A DNA stretch of 64,000 nucleotides from Paragordius varius (Eukaryota; Animalia; Nematomorpha). The stretch covers positions 1 through 64,000 of the forward strand of contig OZ176054.1 in the NCBI GenBank assembly GCA_964247055.1, in the 5' to 3' direction. The notes under the pieces are model-generated. The model was not told the origin of the DNA. It saw nothing but the letters and a program-made list of their open reading frames with translations, and made no database searches. Positions within the stretch are counted from its first letter, which is position 1, and every line of letters begins with the position of its first letter. A program made the translations under genes and the position numbers. Positions 51,501-64,000 of this stretch are shown piece by piece.

Positions 51501-54500
51501 GTGATGTCGCCATAATTTTTTTTGGGAACATGGTAGTTCCATCATAACTTCAAATATTTTTGAGATCGGACTTTAAATGTAAATTTTATGAATTTTTTAA
51601 ATATTTAAAAAATTTATTTTATACGATATTAAATATAAAAATGGCTACCTAAAATCCAAATTTGATCAGGTGATGTCGCCATAATTTTTTTTGGGTAGCC
51701 CTATGGTAGTTCCATCATCACCCCAAATATTTTGGAGATCGGGCTATAAATGTAAATTTTATGAATTTTTTAAATATTTAAAAAATTTATTTTATACGAT
51801 TTTAAATATAAAAATGGCTACCTAAAATCCAAATTTGATCAGGTGATGTCACCATAATTTTTTTTGGGTAGCCCTATGGTAGTTCCATCACCCCAAATAT
51901 TTTGGAGATCGGGCTATAAATGTAAATTTTATGAATTTTTTAAATATTTAAAAAATTTATTTTATATGATTTTAAATATAAAAATGGCTACCTAAAATCC
52001 AAATTTGATCAGGTGATGTCACCATAATTTTTTTTGGGTAGCCCTATGGTAGTTCCATCATCACCCCAAATATTTTGGAGATCGGGCTATAAATGTAAAT
52101 TTTATGAATTTTTTAAATATTTAAAAAATTTATTTTATACGATTTTAAAAATAAAAATGGCTACCTAAAATCCAAATTTGATCAGGTGATGTCACCATAA
52201 TTTTTTTTGGGTAGCCCTATGGTAGTTCCATCATCACCCCAAATATTTTTGTGATCGGACTTTAAATGTAAATTTTATGAATTTTTTAAATATTTAAAAA
52301 ATTTATTTTATACGATTTTAAAAATAAAAATGGCTACCTAAATAAAAATGGCTACCTAAATCCAAATTTGATCAGGTGATGTCACCATAATTTTTTTTGG
52401 GTAGCCCTATGGTAGTTCCATCATCACCCCAAATATTTTTGAGATCGGACTTTAAATGTAAATTTTATGAATTTTTAAAATATTTAAAAAATTTATTTTA
52501 TACGATTTTAAAACTAAAAATGGCTACCTAAAATCCAAATTTGATCAGGTGATGTCACCATAATTTTTTTTGGGTAGCCCTATGGTAGTTCCATTATCAC
52601 CCCAAATATTTTGGAGATCGGGCTATAAATGTAAATTTTATGAATTATTTAAATATTTAAAAAATTTATTTTATACGATTTTAAAAATAAAAATGGCTAC
52701 CTAAAATCCAAATTTGATCAGGTGATGTCACCATAATTTTTTTTGGGTAGCCCTATGGTAGTTCCATCATCACCCCAAATTTTTTGGAGATCGGGCTATA
52801 AATGTAAATTTTATGAATTTTTAAAATATTTAAAAAATTTATTTTATACGATTTTAAAAATAAAAATGGCTACCTAAAATCCAAATTTGATCAGGTGATG
52901 TCACCATATTTTTTTTTGGGTAGCCCTATGGTAGTTCCATCATCACCCCAAATATTTTGGAGATCGGGCTATAAATGTAAATTTTATGAATTTTTTAAAT
53001 ATTTAAAAAATTTATTTTATACGATTTTAAAAATAAAAATGGCTACCTAAAATCCAAATTTGATCAGGTGATGTCACCATAATTTTTTTTGGGTAGCCCT
53101 ATGGTAGTTCCATCATCACCCCAAATATTTTGGAGATCGGGCTATAAATGTAAATTTTATGAATTTTTTAAGTATTTAAAAAATTTATTTTATATGATTT
53201 TAAATATAAAAATGGCTACCTAAAATCCAAATTTGATCAGGTGATGTCACCATAATTTTTTTTGGGTAGCCCTATGGTAGTTCCATCATCACCCCAAATA
53301 TTTTAGAGATCGGGCTATAAATGTAAATTTTATGAATTTTTTAAATATTTAAAAAATTTATTTTATACGATTTTAAAAATAAAAATGGCTACCTAAAATC
53401 CAAATTTGATCAGGTGATGTCACCATAATTTTTTTTGGGTAGCCCTATGGTAGTTCCATCATCACCCCAAATATTTTGGAGATCGGGCTATAAATGTAAA
53501 TTTTATGAATTTTTTAAATATTTAAAAAATTTATTTTATACGATTTTAAAAATAAAAATGGCTACCTAAAATCCAAATTTGATCAGGTGATGTCACCATA
53601 ATTTTTTTTGGGTAGCCCTATGGTAGTTCCATCATCACCCCAAATATTTTGGAGATCGGTTTATAAATGTAAATATTATGAATTTTTTAAATATTTAAAA
53701 AATTTATTTTATACGATTTTTAATATAAAAATGGCTACCTAAAATCCAAATTTGATCAGGTGATGTCGCCATAATTTTTTTTGGGTAGCCCTATGGTAGT
53801 TCCATCATCACCCCAAATATTTTTGAGATCGGAGTATAAATGTAATTTTTTTGAATTTTTTAAATATTTAAAAAATTTATTTTATACGATTTTAAATATA
53901 AAAATGGCTACCTAAAATCCAAATTTGATCAGGTGATGTCGCTATAATTTTTTTTGCGTAGCCCTATGGTAGTTCCATCATCACCCCAAATATTTTGGAG
54001 ATCGGGCTATAAATGTAAATTTTATGAATTTTTTAAATATTTAAAAAATTATTTTATATGATTTTAAATATAAAAATGGCTACCTAAAATCCAAATTTGA
54101 TCAGGTGATGTCACCATAATTTTTTTTGGGTAGCCCTATGGTAGTTCCATCATCACCCCAAATATTTTGGAGATCGGGCTATAAATGTAAATTTTATGAA
54201 TTTTTTAAATATTTAAAAAATTTATTTTATACGATTTTAAAAATAAAAATGGCTACCTAAAATCCAAATTTGATCAGGTGATGTCGCCATAATTTTTTTT
54301 GGGTAACCTTATGGTAGTTCCATCATAACTTCAAATATTTTTGAGATCGGACTTTAAATGTAAATTTTATGAATTTTTTAAATATTTAAAAAATTTATTT
54401 TATACGATTTTGAATATAAAAATGGCTACCTAAAATCCAAATTTGATCAGGTGATGTCACCATAATTTTTTTTGGGTAGCCCTATGGTAGTTCCATCATC

Positions 54501-57500
54501 ACCCCAAATATTTTGGAGATCGGGCTATAAATGTAAATTTTATGAATTTTTTAAATATTTAAAAAATTTATTTTATACGATTTTAAAAATAAAAATGGCT
54601 ACCTAAAATCCAAATTTGATCAGGTGATGTCACCATAATTTTTTTTGGGTAGCCCTATGGTAGTTCCATCATCACCCCAAATATTTTGGAGATCGGGCTA
54701 TAAATGTAAATTTTATGAATTTTTTAAATATTTAAAAAATTTATTTTATACGATTTTAAAAATAAAAATGGCTACCTAAAATCCAAATTTGATCAGGTGA
54801 TGTCACCATAATTTTTTTTGGGTAGCCCTATGGTAGTTCCATCATCACCCCAAATATTTTGGAGATCGGGCTATAAATGTAAATTTTATGAATTTTTTAA
54901 ATATTTAAAAAATTTATTTTATACGATTTTAAAAATAAAAATGGCTACCTAAAATCCAAATTTGATCAGGTGATGTCGCCATAATTTTTTTTGGGTAGCC
55001 CTATGGTAGTTCCATCATCACCCCAAATATTTTGGAGATCGGGCTATAAATGTAAATTTTATGAATTTTTTAAATATTTAAAAAATTTATTTGATACGAT
55101 TTTAAAAATAAAAATGGCTACCTAAAATCCAAATTTGATCAGGTGATGTCACCATAATTTTTTTTGGGTAGCCCTATGGTAGTTCCATCATAACCCCAAA
55201 AATTTTTGAGATCGGACTTTAAATGTAAATTTTATGAATTTTTAAAATATTTAAAAAATTTATTTTATACGATTTTAAAAATAAAAATGGCTACCTAAAA
55301 TCCAAATTTGATCAGGTGATGTCACCATAATTTTTTTTGGGTAGCCCTATGGTAGTTCCATCATCACCCCAAATATTTTGGAGATCGGGCTATAAATGTA
55401 AATTTTATGAATTTTTTAAATATTTAAAAAATTTATTTTATACGATATTAAAAATAAAAATGGCTACCTAAAATCCAAATTTGATCAGGTGATGTCGCCA
55501 TAATTTTTTTTGGGTAACCTTATGGTAGTTCCATCATAACCCCAAATATTTTTGAGATCGGACTTTAAATGTAAATTTTATGAATTTTTAAAATATTTAA
55601 AAAATTTATTTTATACGATTTTAAAAATAAAAATGGCTACCTAAAATCCAAATTTGATCAGGTGATGTCACCATAATTTTTTTTGGGTAGCCCTATGGTA
55701 GTTCCATCATCACCCCAAATATTTTGGAGATCGGTTTATAAATGTAAATATTATGAATTTTTTAAATATTTAAAAAATTTATTTTATACGATTTTTAATA
55801 TAAAAATGGCTACCTAAAATCCAAATTTGATCAGGTGATGTCGCCATAATTTTTTTTGGGTAGCCCTATGGTAGTTCCATCATCACCCCAAATATTTTTG
55901 AGATCGGAGTATAAATGTAATTTTTTTGAATTTTTTAAATATTTAAAAAATTTATTTTATACGATTTTAAATATAAAAATGGCTACCTAAAATCCAAATT
56001 TGATCAGGTGATGTCGCTATAATTTTTTTTGCGTAGCCCTATGGTAGTTCCATCATCACCCCAAATATTTTGGAGATCGGGCTATAAATGTAAATTTTAT
56101 GAATTTTTTAAATATTTAAAAAATTTATTTGATACGATTTTAAAAATAAAAATGGCTACCTAAAATCCAAATTTGATCAGGTGATGTCACCATAATTTTT
56201 TTTGGGTAGCCCTATGGTAGTTCCATCATCACCCCAAATATTTTGGAGATCGGGCTATAAATGTAAATTTTATGAATTTTTTAAATATTTAAAAAATTTA
56301 TTTTATACGATTTTAAAAATAAAAATGGCTACCTAAAATCCAAATTTGATCAGGTGATGTCACCATAATTGGGTAGCCCTATGGTAGTTCCATCATCACC
56401 CCAAATATTTTGGAGATCGGGCTATAAATGTAAATTTTATGAATTTTTTAAATATTTAAAAAATTTATTTTATACGATTTTAAAAATAAAAATGGCTACC
56501 TAAAATCCAAATTTGATCAGGTGATGTCACCATAATTTTTTTTGGGTAGCCCTATGGTAGTTCCATCATCACCCCAAATATTTTGGAGATCGGGCTATAA
56601 ATGTAAATTTTATGAATTTTTTAAATATTTAAAAAATTTATTTTATACGATTTTAAAAATAAAAATGGCTACCTAAAATCCAAATTTGATCAGGTGATGT
56701 CACCATAATTTTTTTTGGGTAGCCCTATGGTAGTTCCATCATAACCCCAAAAATTTTTGAGATCGGACTTTAAATGTAAATTTTATGAATTTTTAAAATA
56801 TTTAAAAAATTTATTTTATACGATTTTAAAAATAAAAATGGCTACCTAAAATCCAAATTTGATCAGGTGATGTCACCATAATTTTTTTTGGGTAGCCCTA
56901 TGGTAGTTCCATCATCACCCCAAATATTTTGGAGATCGGGCTATAAATGTAAATTTTATGAATTTTTTAAATATTTAAAAAATTTATTTTATACGATTTT
57001 AAAAATAAAAATGGCTACCTAAAATCCAAATTTGATCAGGTGATGTCACCATAATTTTTTTTGGGTAGCCCTATGGTAGTTCCATCATCACCCCAAATAT
57101 TTTGGAGATCGGGCTGTAAATGTAAATTTTATGAATTTTTTAAATATTTAAAAAATTTATTTTATACGATTTTAAAAATAAAAATGGCTACCTAAAATCC
57201 AAATTTGATCAGGTGATGTCACCATTGGGTAGCCCTATGGTAGTTCCATCATCACCCCAAATATTTTGGAGATCGGGCTATAAATGTAAATTTTATGAAT
57301 TTTTTAAATATTTAAAAAATTTATTTTATACGATTTTAAAAATAAAAATGGCTACCTAAAATCCAAATTTGATCAGGTGATGTCACCATAATTTTTTTTG
57401 GGTAGCCCTATGGTAGTTCCATCATCACCCCAAATATTTTGGAGATCGGGCTATAAATGTAAATTTTATGAATTTTTTAAATATTTAAAAAATTTATTTT

Positions 57501-60500
57501 ATACGATTTTAAAAATAAAAATGGCTACCTAAAATCCAAATTTGATCAGGTGATGTCACCATAATTTTTTTTGGGTAGCCCTATGGTAGTTCCATCATCA
57601 CCCCAAATATTTTGGAGATCGGGCTATAAATGTAAATTTTATGAATTTTTTAAATATTTAAAAAATTTATTTTATACGATTTTAAAAATAAAAATGGCTA
57701 CCTAAAATCCAAATTTGATCAGGTGATGTCGCCATAATTTTTTTTGGGTAGCCCTATGGTAGTTCCATCATCACCCCAAATATTTTGGAGATCGGGCTAT
57801 AAATGTAAATTTTATGAATTTTTTAAATATTTAAAAAATTTATTTGATACGATTTTAAAAATAAAAATGGCTACCTAAAATCCAAATTTGATCAGGTGAT
57901 GTCACCATAATTTTTTTTGGGTAGCCCTATGGTAGTTCCATCATAACCCCAAAAATTTTTGAGATCGGACTTTAAATGTAAATTTTATGAATTTTTAAAA
58001 TATTTAAAAAATTTATTTTATACGATTTTAAAAATAAAAATGGCTACCTAAAATCCAAATTTGATCAGGTGATGTCACCATAATTTTTTTTGGGTAGCCC
58101 TATGGTAGTTCCATCATCACCCCAAATATTTTGGAGATCGGGCTATAAATGTAAATTTTATGAATTTTTTAAATATTTAAAAAATTTATTTTATACGATA
58201 TTAAAAATAAAAATGGCTACCTAAAATCCAAATTTGATCAGGTGATGTCGCCATAATTTTTTTTGGGTAACCTTATGGTAGTTCCATCATAACCCCAAAT
58301 ATTTTTGAGATCGGACTTTAAATGTAAATTTTATGAATTTTTAAAATATTTAAAAAATTTATTTTATACGATTTTAAAAATAAAAATGGCTACCTAAAAT
58401 CCAAATTTGATCAGGTGATGTCACCATAATTTTTTTTGGGTAGCCCTATGGTAGTTCCATCATCACCCCAAATATTTTGGAGATCGGGCTATAAATGTAA
58501 ATTTTATGAATTTTTTAAATATTTAAAAAATTTATTTTATACGATTTTAAAAATAAAAATGGCTACCTAAAATCCAAATTTGATCAGGTGATGTCGCCAT
58601 AATTTTTTTTGGGTAGCCCTATGGTAGTTCCATCATCACCCCAAATATTTTGGAGATCGGGCTATAAATGTAAATTTTATGAATTTTTTAAATATTTAAA
58701 AAATTTATTTTATACGATTTTAAAAATAAAAATGGCTACCTAAAATCCAAATTTGATCAGGTGATGTCACCATAATTTTTTTTGGGTAGCCCTATGGTAG
58801 TTCCATCATAACCCCAAATATTTTTGAGATCGGACTTTAAATGTAAATTTTATGAATTTTTAAAATATTTAAAAAATTTATTTTATACGATTTTAAAAAT
58901 AAAAATGGCTACCTAAAATCCAAATTTGATCAGGTGATGTCACCATAATTTTTTTTGGGTAGCCCTATGGTAGTTCCATCATCACCTTAAATATTTTGGA
59001 GATCGGGATATAAATGTAAATTTTATGAATTTTTAAATATTTAAAAAATTTATTTTATACGATTTTAAAAATAAAAATGGCTACCTAAAATCCAAATTTG
59101 ATCAGGTGATGTCACCATAATTTTTTTTGGGTAGCCCTATGGTAGTTCCATCATCACCCCAAATATTTTTGTGATCGGACTTTAAATGTAAATTTTATGA
59201 ATTTTTTAAATATTTAAAAAATTTATTTTATACGATTTTAAAAATAAAAATGGCTACCTAAAATCCAAATTTGATCAGGTGATGTCACCATAATTTTTTT
59301 TGGGTAGCCCTATGGTAGTTCCATCATAACCCCAAATATTTTTGAGATCGGACTTTAAATGTAAATTTTATGAATTTTTAAAATATTTAAAAAATTTATT
59401 TTATACGATTTTAAAAATAAAAATGGCTACCTAAAATCCAAATTTGATCAGGTGATGTCACCATAATTTTTTTTGGGTAGCCCTATGGTAGTTCCATCAT
59501 CACCCCAAATATTTTGGAGATCGGGATATAAATGTAAATTTTATGAATTTTTAAATATTTAAAAAATTTATTTTATACGATTTTAAAAATAAAAATGGCT
59601 ACCTAAAATCCAAATTTGATCAGGTGATGTCACCATAATTTTTTTTGGGTAGCCCTATGGTAGTTCCATCATCACCCCAAATATTTTTGTGATCGGACTT
59701 TAAATGTAAATTTTATGAATTTTTTAAATATTTAAAAAATTTATTTTATACGATTTTAAAAATAAAAATGGCTACCTAAAATCCAAATTTGATCAGGTGA
59801 TGTCACCATAATTTTTTTTGGGTAGCCCTATGGTAGTTCCATCATAACCCCAAATATTTTTGAGATCGGACTTTAAATGTAAACTTTATGAATTTTTAAA
59901 ATATTTAAAAAATTTATTTTATACGATTTTAAAAATAAAAATGGCTACCTAAAATCCAAATTTGATCAGGTGATGTCACCATAATTTTTTTTGGGTAGCC
60001 CTATGGTAGTTCCATCATCACCCCAAATATTTTGGAGATCGGGCTATAAATGTAAATTTTATGAATTTTTTAAATATTTAAAAAATTTATTTTATACGAT
60101 TTTAAAAATAAAAATGGCTACCTAAAATCCAAATTTGATCAGGTGATGTCACCATAATTTTTTTTGGGTAGCCCTATGGTAGTTCCATCATCACCCCAAA
60201 TATTTTGGAGATCGGGCTATAAATGTAAATTTTATGAATTTTTTAAATATTTAAAAAATTTATTTTATACGATTTTTAAAATAAAAATGGCTACCTAAAA
60301 TCCAAATTTGATCAGGTGATGTCGCCATAATTTTTTTTGGGTAACCTTATGGTAGTTCCATCATAACCCCAAATATTTTTGAGATCGGACTTTAAATGTA
60401 AATTTTATGAATTTTTAAAATATTTAAAAAATTTATTTTATACGATTTTAAAAATAAAAATGGCTACCTAAAATCCAAATTTGATCAGGTGATGTCACCA

Positions 60501-63500
60501 TATTTTTTTTGGGTAGCCCTATGGTAGTTCCATCATCACCCCAAATATTTTGGAGATCGGGCTATAAATGTAAATTTTATGAATTTTTTAAATATTTAAA
60601 AAATTTATTTTATACGATTTTAAAAATAAAAATGGCTACCTAAAATCCAAATTTGATCAGGTGATGTCGCCATAATTATATTTGGGTAGCCCTATGGTAG
60701 TTCCATCATCACCCCAAATATTTTGGAGATCGGGCTATAAATGTAAATTTTAAGAATTTTTTAAATATTTAAAAAATTTATTTTATACGATTTTAAAAAT
60801 AAAAATGGCTACCTAAAATCCAAATTTGATCAGGTGATGTCACCATAATTTTTTTGGGTAGCCCTATGGTAGTTCCATCATCACCCCAAATATTTTGGAG
60901 ATCGGGCAATAAATGTAAATTTTATGAATTTTTTAATTATTTAAAAAATTTATTTTATACGATTTTAAAAATAAAAATGGCTACCTAAAATCCAAATTTG
61001 ATCAGGTGATGTCGCCATAATTTTTTTTGGGTAACCTTATGGTAGTTCCATCATAACCCCAAATTTTTTTGAGATCGGACTTTAAATGTAAATTTTATGA
61101 ATTTTTAAAATATTTAAAAAATTTATTTTATACGATTTTAAAAATAAAAATGGCTACCTAAAATCCAAATTTGATCAGGTGATGTCACCATAATTTTTTT
61201 TGGGTAGCCCTATGGTAGTTCCATCATCACCCCAAATATTTTGGAGATCGGGCTATAAATGTAAATTTTATGAATTTTTTAAATATTTAAAAAATTTATT
61301 TTATACGATTTTAAAAATAAAAATGGCTACCTAAAATCCAAATTTGATCAGGTGATGTCGCCATAATTATATTTGGGTAGCCCTATGGTAGTTCCATCAT
61401 CACCCCAAATATTTTGGAGATCGGGCTATAAATGTAAATTTTATGAATTTTTTAAATATTTAAAAAATTTATTTTATACGATTTTAAAAATAAAAATGGC
61501 TACCTAAAATCCAAATTTGATCAGGTGATGTCACCATAATTTTTTTTGGGTAGCCCTATGGTAGTTCCATCATAACCCCAAATATTTTTGAGATCGGACT
61601 TTAAATGTAAATTTTATGAATTTTTAAAATATTTAAAAAATTTATTTTATACGATTTTAAAAATAAAAATGGCTACCTAAAATCCAAATTTGATCAGGTG
61701 ATGTCACCATAATTTTTTTTGGGTAGCCCTATGGTAGTTCCATCATCACCCCAAATATTTTGGAGATCGGGCTATAAATGTAAATTTTATGAATTTTTTA
61801 AATATTTAAAAAATTTATTTTATACGATTTTAAAAATAAAAATGGCTACCTAAAATCCAAATTTGATCAGGTGATGTCACCATAATTTTTTTTGGGTAGC
61901 CCTATGGTAGTTCCATCATCACCCTAAATATTTTGGAGATCGGGCTATAAATGTAAATTTTATGAATTTTTTAAATATTTAAAAAATTTATTTTATACGA
62001 TTTTAAAAATAAAAATGGCTACCTAAAATCCAAATTTGATCAGGTGATGTCACCATAATCTTTTTTGGGTAGCCCTATGGTAGTTCCATCATCACCCTAA
62101 ATATTTTCGAGATCGGGCTATAAATGTAAATTTTATGAATTTTTTAAATATTTAAAAAATTTATTTTATACGATTTTAAAAATAAAAATGGCTACCTAAA
62201 ATCCAAATTTGATCAGGTGATGTGGCCATAATTTTTTTTGGGTAACCTTATGGTAGTTCCATCATAACTCCAAATATTTTTGAGATCGGATTTTAAATGT
62301 AAATTTTATGAATTTTTTAAATATTTAAAAAATTTATTTTATACGATTTTAAAAATAAAAATGGCTACCTAAAATCCAAATTTGATCAGGTGATGTCACC
62401 ATAATTTTTTTTGGGTAGCCCTATGGTAGTTCCATCATCACCCCAAATATTTATGAGATCGGGCTATAAATGTAATTTTTATGAATTTTTAAATATTTAA
62501 AAAATTTATTTTATACGATTTTAAATATAAAAATGGCTACCTAAAATCCAAATTTGATCAGGTGATGTCACCATAATTTTTTTTGGGTAGCCCTATGGTA
62601 GTTCCATCATCACCCCAAATATTTTGGAGATCGGGCTATAAATGTAAATTTTATGAATTTTTTAAATATTTAAAAAATTTATTTTATACGATTTTAAAAA
62701 TAAAAATGGCTACCTAAAATCCAAATTTGATCAGGTGTCACCATAATTTTTTTTGGGTAGCCCTATGTTAGTTCCATCATCACCATAAATATTTTCGAGA
62801 TCGGAGTATAAATGTAATTTTTATGAATTTTTTAAATATTTAAAAAATTTATTTTATACGATTTTAAAAATAAAAATGGCTACCTAAAATCCAAATTTGA
62901 TCAGGTGCTGTCACTATAATTTTTTTATGTAGCCCTATGGTAGTTCCATCATCACCCCAAATATTTTGGGGATCGGACTATAAATGTAATTTTTATGAAT
63001 TTTTAAAATATTTAAAAAATTTATTTTATACGATTTTAAAATAAAAATGGCTACCTAAAATCCAAATTTGATCAGGTGATGTCAACATAATTTTTTTTGG
63101 GTAGCCCTATGGTAGTTCCATTATCACCCCAAATATTTTCGAGATCGGAGTATAAATGTAATTTTTATGAATTTTTTAAATATTTAAAAAATTTATTTTA
63201 TACGATTTTAAAAATAAAAATGGCTACCTAAAATCCAAATTTGATCCGGTGATGTCGCCATAATTTTTTTTGGGTAGCCCTATGGTAGTTCCATCATCAC
63301 AGCAAATATTTTCGAGATCGGAGTATAAATGTAATTTTTATGAATTTTTTAAATATTTAAAAAATTTATTTTATACGATTTTAAAAATAAAAATGGCTAC
63401 CTAAAATCCAAATTTGATCAGGTGATGTCACCATAATTCTTTTGGGTAGCCCTATGGTAGTTCCATTATCACCCCAAATATTTTCGAGATCGGAGTATAA

Positions 63501-64000
63501 ATGTAATTTTTATGAATTTTTTAAATATTTAAAAAATTTATTTTATACGATTTTAAAAATAAAAATGGCTACCTAAAATCCAAATTTGATCAGGTGATGT
63601 CACCATAATTTTTTTTGGGTAGCCCTATGGTAGTTCCATCATCACCCCAAATATTTTGGAGATCGGGCTATAAATGTAAATTTTATGAATTTTTTAAATA
63701 TTTAAAAAATTTATTTTATACGATTTTAAAAATAAAAATAACTACCTAAAATCCAAATTTGATCAGGTGATGTGGCCATAATTTTTTTGGGTAACCTTAT
63801 GGTAGTTCCATCATAACCCCAAATATTTTTGAGATCGGACTTTAAATGTAAATTTTATGAATTTTTTAAATATTTAAAAAATTTATTTTATACGATTTTA
63901 AATATAAAAATGGCTACCTAAAATCCAAATTTGATCAGGTGATGTCGCCATAATTTTTTTTGGGTAGCCCTATGGTAGTTCCATCATCACCCCAAATATT
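9586..64000. repeat. 173 bp AT-rich satellite array (about 314 monomers, about 27% GC), head-to-tail, running off the window; candidate centromeric or pericentromeric satellite
   Basis: Monomer starts at 9586, 9759, 9932, 10105 (173 bp). Consensus TAGCCCTATGGTAGTTCCATCATCACCCCAAATATTTTGGAGATCGGGCTATAAATGTAAATTTTATGAATTTTTTAAATATTTAAAAAATTTATTTTATACGATTTTAAAAATAAAAATGGCTACCTAAAATCCAAATTTGATCAGGTGATGTCACCATAATTTTTTTTGGG. The array itself is certain; centromeric function is only an inference. Confidence 0.98.
12500..32350. repeat. Tandem duplication of an about 54-57-monomer (9.4-9.9 kb) higher-order block in the satellite
   Basis: Rare variants recur at an offset of exactly 9869 bp: 3 bp deletion TTGAGGTG (16991/26860), GTGGCTACATA (19750/29619), GATGACACC (18920/28789). 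Confidence 0.9.

Overview
This is the left end of an AT-rich eukaryotic chromosome; the organism cannot be identified from sequence alone. No host protein-coding, rRNA or tRNA gene is supported. In order: (1) 1-640, an error-rich (TTAAAG)n tract. It is the G-strand telomere repeat TTAGGG with GG>AA, joined through a GTTA-A-TAAC hairpin apex to (2) 642-1936, about 216 near-perfect (TAACCC)n telomere repeats. (3) 1937-9585, a 7.65 kb block bounded by long inverted arms about 90% identical in the unique part (eye estimate). The outer parts of the arms are a CpG-rich ~33 bp minisatellite with core CCGTCGTCAG. The block holds degenerate AT-rich repeats and two RT-less Penelope-like (GIY-YIG) 3' fragments. 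One fragment has an open endonuclease ORF and a hammerhead-like motif; the other is decayed and inserted into the right arm. (4) 9586-64000, about 314 copies of a 173 bp, ~27% GC satellite rich in dyad symmetry, with two monomer subtypes and nested higher-order duplications (514, 865, 1575, 9869 and 38665 bp offsets). The layout suggests a telocentric or satellite-capped chromosome end. The outermost TTAAAG tract may well be a sequencing or assembly artefact.
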